In this document: positions 47,927 to 57,939 of the stretch, one piece after another
Layout of the letters: the number at the start of each line of letters is the position of its first letter
Numbering within the stretch: position 1 is the first letter of the stretch
Source of the DNA: Candidatus Acidiferrales bacterium
GTDB lineage: Bacteria > Bacteroidota > Ignavibacteria > Kryptoniales > JAKASW01
NCBI GenBank assembly: GCA_035515795.1
Contig: DATJAY010000028.1
Span: 5,296 to 69,295, forward strand
Direction of reading: 5' to 3'
DNA length: 64,000 nucleotides
Notes under the pieces: model-generated
What the model was told of the DNA's origin: nothing
The model's database searches: none
What the model saw: only the letters and a program-made list of their open reading frames with translations
Made by a program: the position numbers and the translations under genes

Positions 47927-50722
47927 ATGTTGAGAGTTAGTTGCGCGCTGCTTTTCTTAGTTTTGGCTGCATCGGAACAAATCGCAATCGGCGGAACGAT
48001 CAAGGGACATGTCAAAGAAACGAAGAGCAAATCTGGAATAGTCGGTGCCGCTGTGTTTCTTGACGGAACGAGCTTCGGTACGATGACAGATACCAGCGGT
48101 GCCTACGAAATTAGCGACGTGCCTGCAGGGAGCTATAAAATCTCGGCTTATGGAATTGGCTACACAAACGCCGGCGGGGACATAGATATTCCGAGTGACA
48201 CGAGCGTGCTTGTCAGAGATTTCACGCTAAAAGAAAACGCGATAACGCTTCGCGAGACCATAATCGAAGCAAGAGCAAACAACACGCTTGAAACAGCAGC
48301 AAGGGCCACGGAAAAAAACTCTGAAAACATCGTGAATGTGATCTCCGCGCAGGCAATCGAACAATCTACCGACCTCTCGGCGGCGGACGTCATGCAGAGA
48401 GTCTCCGGCATGTCGCTGATCCGCCAGCAGGGTGAAGCCCGCTATGTCGTGATGCGCGGACTCGAGCAGCAATACAACAATACTCTGGTCGATGGAATAA
48501 AAATACCGAGCCCCGAAGCCAAGGACCGCTTTGTACCTCTGGACATTTTCCCGTCATCGCTTTTTGAAAGGATAGAAGTTGAAAAATCATTAACGCCCGA
48601 CTTAGCAGGTGACGCAATAGGCGGATCAACCGACCTCATCCTAAGAAAAGCTCCACAGGACTTCACATTTTCGCTGAGTGCTGCAAGCGGATCAAGCTCC
48701 GGCGTCGTGGGGAGCGCTTTCAGCACCTTCGACAGAAGCACAGTAAATGATCTTGATCCTGAGCGACTGCACGGGACAGTGGACGATGAAAACCCCACCA
48801 CACAAATCAAACCACGTTACAATCCGACGCCCTCCGACTTTACGACCGCAAACTTGATATTCACAAACAAAGCTGCCCTCCCCGATGGCCTGCTTAATGG
48901 CCTTGTCGGCGATCGATTCCTCGACAACAGGTTCGGCATCATGGCCGCCGGTGCCTTTCAAAACACTTATGTCTATGTCCCCGTTCAATTTTATTCCGTC
49001 TCCTCAGACATCAACACGTTCGATCAATCCGGCCACCTAATCCCGTATCGTGCTGATTCAACAGATCAAAACTACTACACAAACAGGATGAGGGGCGGCG
49101 CAGTACTAAACGCAGACTTCATCGCGAGCGAGGGTCACGAGTTATCCGCGACTTACATGTATGTCGTTCAACAGGAAGCCCAGACACGCCATGAGACTCA
49201 AGTGACAATCGATGGTGAACGAGGAGCTGCCGATTTTACTTACTCACACCGCTCGGCACTGCGAACGCAGGATATCTCCAGCATTTCTCTTGGAGGCAGG
49301 CATTTCACAGATTCGCCCATATCGATAACATGGACACTTAATTACACGGATGCTTTGCAGGATCGACCGGATGAAGCTGAATATTCTGTCTATCAAAACT
49401 ACAATGCTCAGCATGTTTTGTCAGGCACGTTGGGATTAGCGGACATAACTCACGACTGGAGAAGGAATGACGATCGTCAGTATCTCGGGAAACTAGATGG
49501 AACATACCATTTGACGTCGGATGGTACGCAGACTTTCCAGGTCGGCATGGAGGCTCAGGGACTCCGGCGCGCAAATTATGAGGACGATTACAAACTAAAT
49601 CCGTATGTTTTCACCAGCGGTCCTTACGCTGGACACACAGAACCCTTTACAACAATCGATAGTGCTGTTGTGACCGTGTTTGGATACGGAACAACTTCAG
49701 GGACCTCCGTGTATGGATACCAGAACTATAAAGCAAGCGAAGTCCTTCTCGCATCATATTTTGAATACAAAGCAATCCTCGGCCAATTGCAGATTCTCGG
49801 TGGAATGAGATGGGAACAGGCTCATGACATATATAACACAATGGCGAATCCTGTAGATAGTCTCCGACAGGCAAATATTTTTATGGTCAACATCCTTCCC
49901 GGTATCCACTTCAGATATGAACTTACCCCGGAGCAACTTCTTCACTTTTCAGTGACTCAGAGCATGAGCCGCCCAAGTTATTTCGACTTGGTCCCTGCCG
50001 TTGATCGCTCGGACGAAAGCTCTTCGACCGGAAATCCGGGACTTCGTCCCGCTGTATCAACGAACGTAGATCTGCGATATGAATATTATCCAAACTCTAC
50101 TGACGTTTTTTCGGCAGGGGTTTACTACAAAAGAATAAAAGATCCTATCGAGGACGAATTCAACTCCATTGGAGTGGTGCTCAACACCACAAAGATTAAC
50201 GGCGATCCTGCCACCGTATATGGCTTTGAAGGCGTGATTTCAAAACACATAGGTAATTTCGGTGCAACAGTCAATTACGCTTATGTCATTTCAAAAATTT
50301 CAAGCATAAAGCAAGTCACCGTAGAAGACATAAATAGCGGTGACCTTACGCAATTGTATTACAAAGAAACGACGCCGCTTCCATCCCAGTCACCTCAAGT
50401 TGTTAACGTCATACTCTCATACGATAACCCAAATTGGGGAACAAAGTTAGAGCTCGCCTATAATTACACGGGAAAACGACTCCGTGCCGTTGCCCAGTTG
50501 GACGGTTACGACACATACGAAGAAGGAGTCGGACAGCTCGATTTTTCCGGCGAACAAACACTGTTGTTCAACCTGAAGTTAAATCTAAAACTAACCAACC
50601 TTACAAATGCCCAGGATATCACCGAAATAGAAACCGGAGAGTATCTCAAGCATGTACCGATAGTTGTCGAACGCGACCTAAACAAGATGGGGGGATCGGT
50701 TGGAATCAGCTATGATTTTTAG
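47927..50722 (+). CDS. TonB-dependent outer-membrane receptor with an N-terminal carboxypeptidase-regulatory-like domain
   Basis: Signal peptide MLRVSCALLFLVLAAS from the ATG at 47927. GTIKGHVKE...GAYEISDVPAGSYKI, then a plug region (DVMQRVSGMSLIRQQGEARYVVMRGL...NNTLVDGIKIPS), a long barrel, and the terminal ...GISYDF. Confidence 0.85.
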   Translation: MLRVSCALLFLVLAASEQIAIGGTIKGHVKETKSKSGIVGAAVFLDGTSFGTMTDTSGAYEISDVPAGSYKISAYGIGYTNAGGDIDIPSDTSVLVRDFTLKENAITLRETIIEARANNTLETAARATEKNSENIVNVISAQAIEQSTDLSAADVMQRVSGMSLIRQQGEARYVVMRGLEQQYNNTLVDGIKIPSPEAKDRFVPLDIFPSSLFERIEVEKSLTPDLAGDAIGGSTDLILRKAPQDFTFSLSAASGSSSGVVGSAFSTFDRSTVNDLDPERLHGTVDDENPTTQIKPRYNPTPSDFTTANLIFTNKAALPDGLLNGLVGDRFLDNRFGIMAAGAFQNTYVYVPVQFYSVSSDINTFDQSGHLIPYRADSTDQNYYTNRMRGGAVLNADFIASEGHELSATYMYVVQQEAQTRHETQVTIDGERGAADFTYSHRSALRTQDISSISLGGRHFTDSPISITWTLNYTDALQDRPDEAEYSVYQNYNAQHVLSGTLGLADITHDWRRNDDRQYLGKLDGTYHLTSDGTQTFQVGMEAQGLRRANYEDDYKLNPYVFTSGPYAGHTEPFTTIDSAVVTVFGYGTTSGTSVYGYQNYKASEVLLASYFEYKAILGQLQILGGMRWEQAHDIYNTMANPVDSLRQANIFMVNILPGIHFRYELTPEQLLHFSVTQSMSRPSYFDLVPAVDRSDESSSTGNPGLRPAVSTNVDLRYEYYPNSTDVFSAGVYYKRIKDPIEDEFNSIGVVLNTTKINGDPATVYGFEGVISKHIGNFGATVNYAYVISKISSIKQVTVEDINSGDLTQLYYKETTPLPSQSPQVVNVILSYDNPNWGTKLELAYNYTGKRLRAVAQLDGYDTYEEGVGQLDFSGEQTLLFNLKLNLKLTNLTNAQDITEIETGEYLKHVPIVVERDLNKMGGSVGISYDF

Positions 50723-50772
50723 TTTCACTGGAATGAATAGTAAAATCAACAATCACAATCAAAGGAGAAACA

Positions 50773-52272
50773 ATGTCAAAACTTTTAGTAATTGCTCTGC
50801 TCCCTTTTTTTGCAGCAGGAGCAGCATTCTCACAAGCGACACTACCAGATACGTTGGCGGGTTATGTGAAGGGAAAAACTGCACCCAACCATACATATGT
50901 TGTAAACGACAGCCTGTATGTTAACGTGGGTGACACCCTCACAATCAGCCCCGGCGACACGCTCCTAATGAAGAACAATCCTTCGACGGGCGCTGCATGT
51001 TGGATAGATGTCCTCGGAACCTTCATCTGTGAGGGAACATCGACAAACCGCATTGTGATCACGACTGCCTTTGTGGATTCTGCAAAACATCCTGGAATGT
51101 GGGGAGGCATCATTGGAGATTCTTGCAAATACATCAGCGTCAGGTTTGCAATCATTACCTGGGCGGGAGGCAATGACGCGTCGGGTCACGCTTATCGCAC
51201 ATTCGACATTTCTTCCGATGCCGCGAATACCACGAACACCGTCTTCACGGATAATGTGGTCGTGGGCACTGTTGATGACTGTATCGGTCTCCACGGGGGG
51301 AATGCAAGTGTTCTTCGCAACACCTTGAAATGGGTTGGTGCACCAGACGGCGATAACATCAACGTAAAGTCCGGTACGATCGGCGAAATTGCCTACAATG
51401 TCATCTGGGGAGCGGGCGGAAATGGAATCAAGATCAATGCTTCCACGACAGTCGCTCGCATAACCAATGTATGCATTCATAACAATACAATCGCTGCCGG
51501 GGGATGGCGCCGAATCGACGAACTCGGATACGGCATCCTCGTAGATGCAAGCGCGCGCGCTCAGATTTACAACAACATAATTGGTGATATGTACGGCGGA
51601 CTTGAGATTACAACAATAGCTGACACCTTGAGGACCGTCCATGATAACAACCTGTTCTTCTACTCAGTCGACAGTTTGAGCGGGACAGCACGCTACTATC
51701 CTTCCGACGGAGTCGGTAGACCTGCACCGGACGATATCTTTGATGTGAAAGCCAGTAACCTCTTTGTAAGTTACCAGCCATTTTTCACAAACGACTGGAA
51801 TACCCTTGATGGGTCAAATAATTACCACTTGCTTGGTTCATCTCCTGCTATAGGACACGGATTTACTCCGCCAGCTCCTACTTCCTCGAATCACTGGTGG
51901 AACCCATACTTCGTAAATGGTACGGATACATTGACATTGCCGGGTGATGCAAACATCGGAGCGTATGGCCTGCTTACGGCCATCGAAAATCAAAACTCCA
52001 ACGTCCCATCGAGCTTTATACTAGATCAGAATTATCCGAATCCTTTCAACCCTTCGACACAGATCAGTTACAGCATTCCCAGGAACGTCTATGTTTCGTT
52101 GAAGGTCTATAACGTCCTCGGTCAAGAAGTCAGCACGCTTTTTGCCGGCGAGCAGACCGTGGGCCAGCATTCGGCTACATTCGATGGCAGCAATTTCGCG
52201 AGCGGTGTTTACTTTTATCGTTTGGAAGCCGGTGCTAATTCTATCACAAAGAAAATGATATTGGTTAAGTGA
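50773..52272 (+). CDS. Right-handed beta-helix repeat protein with a T9SS C-terminal sorting domain
   Basis: Signal peptide. Repetitive N/G/I-rich beta-helix turns (NVIWGAGGNGIKINAS, IHNNTIAAGG, IYNNIIGDM). CTD: LDQNYPNPFNPSTQISYSIP...GVYFYRLEAG...KMILVK. Confidence 0.75.
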   Translation: MSKLLVIALLPFFAAGAAFSQATLPDTLAGYVKGKTAPNHTYVVNDSLYVNVGDTLTISPGDTLLMKNNPSTGAACWIDVLGTFICEGTSTNRIVITTAFVDSAKHPGMWGGIIGDSCKYISVRFAIITWAGGNDASGHAYRTFDISSDAANTTNTVFTDNVVVGTVDDCIGLHGGNASVLRNTLKWVGAPDGDNINVKSGTIGEIAYNVIWGAGGNGIKINASTTVARITNVCIHNNTIAAGGWRRIDELGYGILVDASARAQIYNNIIGDMYGGLEITTIADTLRTVHDNNLFFYSVDSLSGTARYYPSDGVGRPAPDDIFDVKASNLFVSYQPFFTNDWNTLDGSNNYHLLGSSPAIGHGFTPPAPTSSNHWWNPYFVNGTDTLTLPGDANIGAYGLLTAIENQNSNVPSSFILDQNYPNPFNPSTQISYSIPRNVYVSLKVYNVLGQEVSTLFAGEQTVGQHSATFDGSNFASGVYFYRLEAGANSITKKMILVK

Positions 52273-52304
52273 CAATCGCTACCCACAGAAAATGTTAATT
52301 AATT

Positions 52305-52344
52305 TCTCGATGCAATTCTCAAAAAATTGCATCGAGATTTTTTT
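52305..52344 (+). terminator. Strong rho-independent terminator
   Basis: TCTCGATGCAATT-ctcaaaa-AATTGCATCGAGA (13-bp perfect stem) followed by TTTTTTT. Confidence 0.85.
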
Positions 52345-52362
52345 GATCATCAAGGAGATTTC

Positions 52363-53277
52363 ATGAAACACAGGCTGTTTGCAACTCTAATGTTTGTTCT
52401 CATAACTGTCCGCTTCGGTTTTGCTCAACAACAAATCAACTCATCCGCTCGATTTCTCATTATCGGCGACTGGGGTGGATTTGCGTCAGAAAACCAAAAA
52501 GCGGTCGCGGCGGCCATGGGAAGAGATGCCGAGAAAAATCAGGATCAATTCGTCGTCACTGTCGGAGACAACTACCATGGAAAAGGAATCTCAAGCGCCA
52601 CTGACTCACGCTGGAAGACGGAGTATGAAGACATCTATTCCCATGCGTCCTTGCAAATACCATGGTATCCAACTCTCGGAAACCACGATTACGAAGGAAG
52701 TCCGCAGGCCGAACTTGATTATTCCAATTACTCAAAACGCTGGGATTTCCATTCGCGATACTATGCACAGGAAGAGAATATTGACGACTCGACGAAAATA
52801 CTTATCGTCCATCTTGACACTCCACCTTTCGTGACGGAATATCAGCAGCGCGATGAGCAATACCATGTCAAAGAGCAGGATCCGGCCAAACAGGTCCGCT
52901 GGCTCGACTCACTCTTGTCAGCATCTAATGATCGGTGGGTGATTGTCGTCGGCCACCACCCGATTTACTCGGCAGCACCGACACACGGAGACACTCCGGA
53001 ATTAATCTACGACGTACTTCCCGTCCTTGAACGCCACCATATCCCGGTCTATATTTGCGGCCACGATCACGTGATGCAACATCTTTGCGACAATGGAATC
53101 GACTTCTTCGTCTGCGGCGGCGGAGCAGAACATAGAGACGTCAACAAACGTCCGGATGTCGTATACGGCAAGGGTTCTCTCGGTTTTCTCTCAGTTACTG
53201 CGTACCGCGATTCGCTCAACTTCAGGATGATTGATGAAAATAGCGCAATTCTACACGAAGTGACAATAACAAAGTAG
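52363..53277 (+). CDS. Purple/tartrate-resistant acid phosphatase type 5-like metallophosphoesterase (secreted)
   Basis: Motifs GDWGG, VGDNYH, LGNHDY, VVGHHPIYS and CGHDHVMQH. Signal peptide MKHRLFATLMFVLITVRFGFAQ from the ATG at 52363, preceded by AAGGAG. The 52327 TTG start would include the terminator. Confidence 0.8.
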   Translation: MKHRLFATLMFVLITVRFGFAQQQINSSARFLIIGDWGGFASENQKAVAAAMGRDAEKNQDQFVVTVGDNYHGKGISSATDSRWKTEYEDIYSHASLQIPWYPTLGNHDYEGSPQAELDYSNYSKRWDFHSRYYAQEENIDDSTKILIVHLDTPPFVTEYQQRDEQYHVKEQDPAKQVRWLDSLLSASNDRWVIVVGHHPIYSAAPTHGDTPELIYDVLPVLERHHIPVYICGHDHVMQHLCDNGIDFFVCGGGAEHRDVNKRPDVVYGKGSLGFLSVTAYRDSLNFRMIDENSAILHEVTITK

Positions 53278-53322
53278 CAACGATACATGTAATCAAATTT
53301 CATAAGACTTGACAGGACCATC

Positions 53323-54231
53323 ATGAGATGCAAATTCAACCTTAGACTTTTACTCCTCTTTCTCGTTCTTGCACTGTTTCAAACCGAGCTTTTTGCTCAA
53401 CACAAAATAAAGATCGCTCTCTGGGGCGATTCGAGAGAAAACGCCGAGAACGCTTGCTCTGATATTGCACATATACTTCTATACAAGATCACCGATTGGG
53501 ATTTCCAGGTTCACTGCGGAGATTTCACACATGATGGCACAGATGCGTCGTGGCAGAGAACTCTTCATTATCCCGGAGTCGACAGCATTTTCGTCAAGGG
53601 GAAATTTTTCATGTGCACGAGCAACCATGAATTCAAAAGCAAAGACGGAGAAAAGAATTTTGACAAATACACCGCCGGGATATTGCCGACAAATTCAGCC
53701 AATGGATCGACACATTTTTATTCCTATCATGTTTCAAATGTCGATGTGATTTTCTGTGACGGGTATGCAACCCCAAAAGATGTGATGCAGCACTGGCTCG
53801 ACAGCCTCCTTGCCACAATTCCGAGCACCGACTGGATAATCGGCGTCTGGCACAATCCGACTTACGGCGATTTATCGTACAAAGAGAGCTATGCCGACAT
53901 TTGTATGCCGTGGGTCGAGAGTCTTTATAAACACGGCTGCAAGTTTATTTTCAACGGGCACGCGCATATTTATCTCAGGACGAAGCCTCTGCGTCCCGAT
54001 GGAACGGTTGACGAGAAGGATGGGATCGTGCACGTCATCAACGGCACAGGCGGCGCGAGTTTCAAGGATCCAACACCCGAAAGCGATAAGACAGCATTCA
54101 CTCCTTCGGGAAAATCGTTCCCATGCATAACTTTCATCACCTTCAACGGCAACAAGGCCGATCTCGAAACTGTCGACGCGCGACCAGGACATAACCTCCA
54201 GGTGATTGATAGTTACAAGTCAGAAAAATAA
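53323..54231 (+). CDS. Secreted metallophosphoesterase
   Basis: Signal peptide, then ALWGDSRE, HCGDFTHDG, SNHEF, VWHNPTYG and NGHAHIY. Confidence 0.7.
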   Translation: MRCKFNLRLLLLFLVLALFQTELFAQHKIKIALWGDSRENAENACSDIAHILLYKITDWDFQVHCGDFTHDGTDASWQRTLHYPGVDSIFVKGKFFMCTSNHEFKSKDGEKNFDKYTAGILPTNSANGSTHFYSYHVSNVDVIFCDGYATPKDVMQHWLDSLLATIPSTDWIIGVWHNPTYGDLSYKESYADICMPWVESLYKHGCKFIFNGHAHIYLRTKPLRPDGTVDEKDGIVHVINGTGGASFKDPTPESDKTAFTPSGKSFPCITFITFNGNKADLETVDARPGHNLQVIDSYKSEK

Positions 54232-54730
54232 CCACGTACATCAGAGTTAGATTTAGCAATAGCATCAACGCGATCTCTCCTTCCAAGGCAAGTAAAGTGC
54301 AACGGTCAAAACAATTAGGGTGACGAGATCCGTCAAGAAGGTTGCGTACTTAAATCTCATTCCTTTTCCGGCTTCTGAAACTGCTGAATATTCATGATGG
54401 CTATGTCGATCAAAATTCCTATTTATGGAGTTTTGACGCATTGAAAGCGCGTTTGTCACACGCATTTCCCTATCCATCGAAACATGTTCGCTCTTCATGC
54501 CATGGTCTGATCATATGGCGCCTATTTTTCCGGATGTCCTTTCCAGAAGCCGTTGTTCATCTTTTGTCGTTCCACTGAAACCTTCTTTGGAGTATCTCGT
54601 ACCTATCATTGTGTCACACCGCGGTATGCTGGAACAATGATAAACCCGCTATTTCGGCGCAAAGGGAATGTTTAATGATCGAAGCTTCCCTTTCATTTTG
54701 CAGGAACGTAAAATTTCAATTGAGGGAGAC

Positions 54731-55345
54731 ATGAAAAATTTTATTTTCGTTATTTTTTCTTTCGTGCTCACGGCGCAATTGTCAGCGCAGGAACAAACGC
54801 TCATCGATCAGCCAATTCAAAGCGGCGGCTACGGCGGGCCTGTTGTCAGATTTTCGGAGTTCAATAACAAGTTCGCTGTACTCGTCGGAGGTTACGGCGG
54901 CTGGCTGATAAATCATTCGTTTCTTCTCGGTGGAGGAGGTTACGGCCTTGTGAACAACATTATCGCCTCGCCTGCTGCACAATTGTACTACGGTGCAACG
55001 AGCGATCTCAGGACCCAGTTCGGATACGGTGGATTATTCTTGGAATACACAGGCGATCCGAACGCGCTCATCCACTACTCCGTCTCGACTCTCATCGGTG
55101 GCGGCAGTGTGAATTATGGATACTGGAACAGCTTCAGTCAGTCTTACTATGATGCCCTTTCACGGACGTCGACGGTCTTTGTGTTTGAGCCGGGCGTAGG
55201 CGCGGAGCTCAACATCACAAGATTTTTCAGGTTGAATTCAGGAGTCAGTTACAGGTTGGTGAGAGGGAGCGACCTGCCGGGAATAACGGATTCGGATATG
55301 TCTAACTTCTCAGCCTTTCTCACATTCAAGTTCGGAGCGTTTTGA
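54731..55345 (+). CDS. Small Gly/Tyr-rich outer-membrane beta-barrel-like protein
   Basis: Signal peptide MKNFIFVIFSFVLTAQLSAQ from the ATG at 54731. GGYGG repeats. Terminal FLTFKFGAF. Confidence 0.55.
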   Translation: MKNFIFVIFSFVLTAQLSAQEQTLIDQPIQSGGYGGPVVRFSEFNNKFAVLVGGYGGWLINHSFLLGGGGYGLVNNIIASPAAQLYYGATSDLRTQFGYGGLFLEYTGDPNALIHYSVSTLIGGGSVNYGYWNSFSQSYYDALSRTSTVFVFEPGVGAELNITRFFRLNSGVSYRLVRGSDLPGITDSDMSNFSAFLTFKFGAF

Positions 55346-55401
55346 TCCGAAATAACTAGGAGAAGATTAGAGACTTCTTTTCTTTTCCTACTTCTCCCTA
55401 T

Positions 55402-55430
55402 CCCCCGCCCTCGCGGGGGAATTTTATTTG
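55402..55430 (+). terminator. Rho-independent terminator
   Basis: CCCCCGC-cctc-GCGGGGG followed by AATTTTATTT. Confidence 0.75.
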
Positions 55431-55730
55431 GAGGATATCACATGATGCTGACGGGATCCGAGACATAAGCTGGAAATAGATGAATAGCGGATGGTACGAA
55501 GCGAACAACATTAACGCAGAACTTTCACTCGTCTTAACCGTGGCGCTGCACTACCCGCAGTTCTCACCAATCTTCTTCGAAGTAACCGCTATCCACCTTT
55601 TCGATTATCTTCCACACATAATTCCTCAAAAATCTAATTTGTTCTTACCTGGTACCGAGCTTTCCAGCGCCGATAAACATACGGCAGCTCAAGTCGTGAA
55701 GAACTCCACGGCTTGAGCCCGGGATTTTGT

Positions 55731-56480
55731 CTATTGCGCTGTCCTGCGGAATCCTGAGGCGGCGGCTTGTTCGTTCCACCGTTGACCATTAACTCCGATC
55801 GCGACGAGCCATAAGGCAAGCAATAATTCCGCAGCACCGGGTATCAGAATGTAAGGCACGAGATGCGTCTCGAATGCGGGTGAGATAAAGCCCGAGAAAC
55901 AATTGACCAGGTAGCACAAACCCGAAATTGCCAACAGCACCCCCAGAACTCGAGGAAGGAAAGTCGATCTGAAAATGAGGTAACCGATCAGGAGATTATA
56001 GGTTCCGAAGAGTACCATGTTGATGTTGTATCCCTGATCATAAAATTTGAGAAACATGAGAGCCAGCGCCTGCAGCTGATCCGTATTAAATGCGCTCAAG
56101 GACTGCGATCCTCCCAGAATAATCAAAGGGGCAAACTGAAAGACGCAGTTGAGACCCTGAATAGTACTTCCCACGAGGCTGAAGGTCACCGCAAGCACGG
56201 AAAGACTCCTGTTTACCGGTTTAAATAGGTTGTACAGAAGAAGTGCATACACGATATATAACAAGCCGATGATGTCGCCGACGAAAGCCAACCGGAACAA
56301 CAGATCGTGTGACAGTATGTTGTGCGCTGTAGCCGAGGCGTTCCAGTATACGACAAGCTGGCCGCGAACGACCGAGGCGAAACCTGTCGTCGTGGTTATC
56401 AGCGCAATCACTCCAGCCATCCTCGACTGGGAATGCGGCGATGCTCCTGCGATCCGATCCATCATTGTTGTCGTGCTCAT
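55731..56480 (-). CDS. Multi-pass membrane protein, DUF4386-like
   Basis: About six hydrophobic helices. N-terminus ...SRMAGVIALITTTTGF. The family assignment is from memory only. Confidence 0.55.
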   Translation of the reverse strand: MSTTTMMDRIAGASPHSQSRMAGVIALITTTTGFASVVRGQLVVYWNASATAHNILSHDLLFRLAFVGDIIGLLYIVYALLLYNLFKPVNRSLSVLAVTFSLVGSTIQGLNCVFQFAPLIILGGSQSLSAFNTDQLQALALMFLKFYDQGYNINMVLFGTYNLLIGYLIFRSTFLPRVLGVLLAISGLCYLVNCFSGFISPAFETHLVPYILIPGAAELLLALWLVAIGVNGQRWNEQAAASGFRRTAQ

Positions 56481-56701
56481 ACTCTCTCCTCACTATGCAA
56501 GTGATTGAAACAACTTTGTGCAAAAATCAGATTGGATTATGATAGTGACACACCCACTCTGACATGGATATTGAATTTCGTGCGTGGAATCTCCAAGCGC
56601 TGGCCTGCTCTTTTCGTCGTTGAACATCGATTATGTTGAGCCACATGTGAGGTGCTAAATCCGAAATACCGACTGCCACCTAACAGGATGCTTCCACTAC
56701 T

Positions 56702-57094
56702 CTATGCCATTGTGGCCGCTTTGCGAGGCGCTGAAGGCGACGGCTGCTTGAACACTACCGTCGTGAAGAACTCGATAATCAAACCGAACACCCCATTCAT
56801 GATGGCATTGCCCACCGGCACCGGTCCAGGTCCCATGTGCATGAAAAGGAAGTAGGAGAAGATCGACCCGACCAGCCATCCCATGATGGCACCGTTCCAG
56901 GCCCATCCTAACCTCAGCCCGGAGATAGCGATGGTAAAGCCCATGATGCCCCTGTTCATCAGCACCCAAATCAAATTGACAGGCGTAAACTTCAGGAAGC
57001 CGGCAGAGAATGCCGCAGACGCGCAGACCACACCCATAGCCAGGCCGAAAAGCGTGGCAATCACAATCCGTTTCATCGATACAACCGTGTTCAT
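56702..57094 (-). CDS. Small 4-TM membrane protein, unknown function
   Basis: I chose the ATG at 57094 (MNTVVSMKRIVIATLFGLAMGVV...) because AAGGAG lies 8 nt upstream. The longer 57247 start adds a non-membrane, Cys/Arg-rich leader. It is divergent from the MerR operon. Confidence 0.55.
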   Translation of the reverse strand: MNTVVSMKRIVIATLFGLAMGVVCASAAFSAGFLKFTPVNLIWVLMNRGIMGFTIAISGLRLGWAWNGAIMGWLVGSIFSYFLFMHMGPGPVPVGNAIMNGVFGLIIEFFTTVVFKQPSPSAPRKAATMA

Positions 57095-57437
57095 GTTTTG
57101 GTCTCCTTTTGCGAAATCTTGATTAAGTAAGAATGAAAAGCGAGTGATCCATGATAGGGACATACCTCGAGGTGCAACAAAGTCTCTGCAGCATGTTCTC
57201 TCATTTTCAGCTCCCTTCAAAGTTGTGACTCGGACGTAGAATGACATGACTTATCCCCACAGGAATAAGGCTCGTCATCTTTGTGACCGTACGGAGACCG
57301 CTCCTCGAATGTTTCGATTTACATTTAAAACGGGTTTCTTGCGGCGAAGAGTCTCTCGCATCTTTCCATCTGTGACTTTATTCCTCCTGATCTCACCCAA
57401 ATCCCTCAAAATACCGCATTTCTACCGGCATAACACT

Positions 57438-57453
57438 TGTATTTATAAATACA
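57438..57453. promoter_or_regulatory. Perfect 16-bp palindrome, candidate MerR-type operator
   Basis: TGTATTTATAAATACA, ending 24 nt upstream of the MerR-family ATG at 57478. Confidence 0.4.
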
Positions 57454-57477
57454 GGTCCCGAAATCGGGATCCTTGAT

Positions 57478-57936
57478 ATGCAAAGTCAGGAAACGCTCAC
57501 ACATTCCATCGGCGAAGTTGCAGAGATGCTGAAGATCTCTGTCGAGACCATAAGGCTCTACGAGCGGCGCGGGCTTACGCTCACGGTCAAAGACGATAAT
57601 AACCAGCGAACCTTTTCCGAGTCGGACATCGAGAGAATAAAATGCATTCGCACCGCGATCAACGACCACAAGATTTCTATCGAAGGGATCCGCCGCATTC
57701 AGTCGCTCGTTCCCTGCTGGGAACACATCAAATGTCCTGACGAGCAGCGCGTGAAATGTCCTGCATACCTCCGCAGCGACGCTGGCTGCTGGACGTATCG
57801 AGACAAGCAGGAAAATTGTTCATCACGGGATTGCCGGAGATGCAAGGTGTACCAGCTTTCCGGCGACTGCGAGAAAATCAAATCGCTTATTCACCACGAT
57901 GTAATGTCTTCTCTTAATTTAACAGACGACGAGTAG
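57478..57936 (+). CDS. MerR-family transcriptional regulator with an 8-Cys C-terminal domain
   Basis: HTH region SIGEVAEMLKISVETIRLYERRGL...RTFSESDIERIKCI. C-terminal PCWEHIKCPDEQRVKCPAYLRSDAGCWTYRDKQENCSSRDCRRCKVYQLSGDC. Confidence 0.85.
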   Translation: MQSQETLTHSIGEVAEMLKISVETIRLYERRGLTLTVKDDNNQRTFSESDIERIKCIRTAINDHKISIEGIRRIQSLVPCWEHIKCPDEQRVKCPAYLRSDAGCWTYRDKQENCSSRDCRRCKVYQLSGDCEKIKSLIHHDVMSSLNLTDDE

Positions 57937-57939
57937 CCT

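Noticed and set aside
52327-52362. The TTG start of the acid phosphatase ORF at 52327.
   Set aside because: It would place the 3' arm and U-run of the strong terminator (52305-52344) inside the coding region. The ATG at 52363 has AAGGAG upstream and yields a proper signal peptide.
54265-54498. A 77-aa minus-strand ORF with one C-terminal hydrophobic helix, and the intergenic ORFs at 55480-55716 and 57246-57476.
   Set aside because: None has an SD or any recognisable motif. The evidence is insufficient to call them genes. They could be real small proteins, and Ribo-seq would decide.
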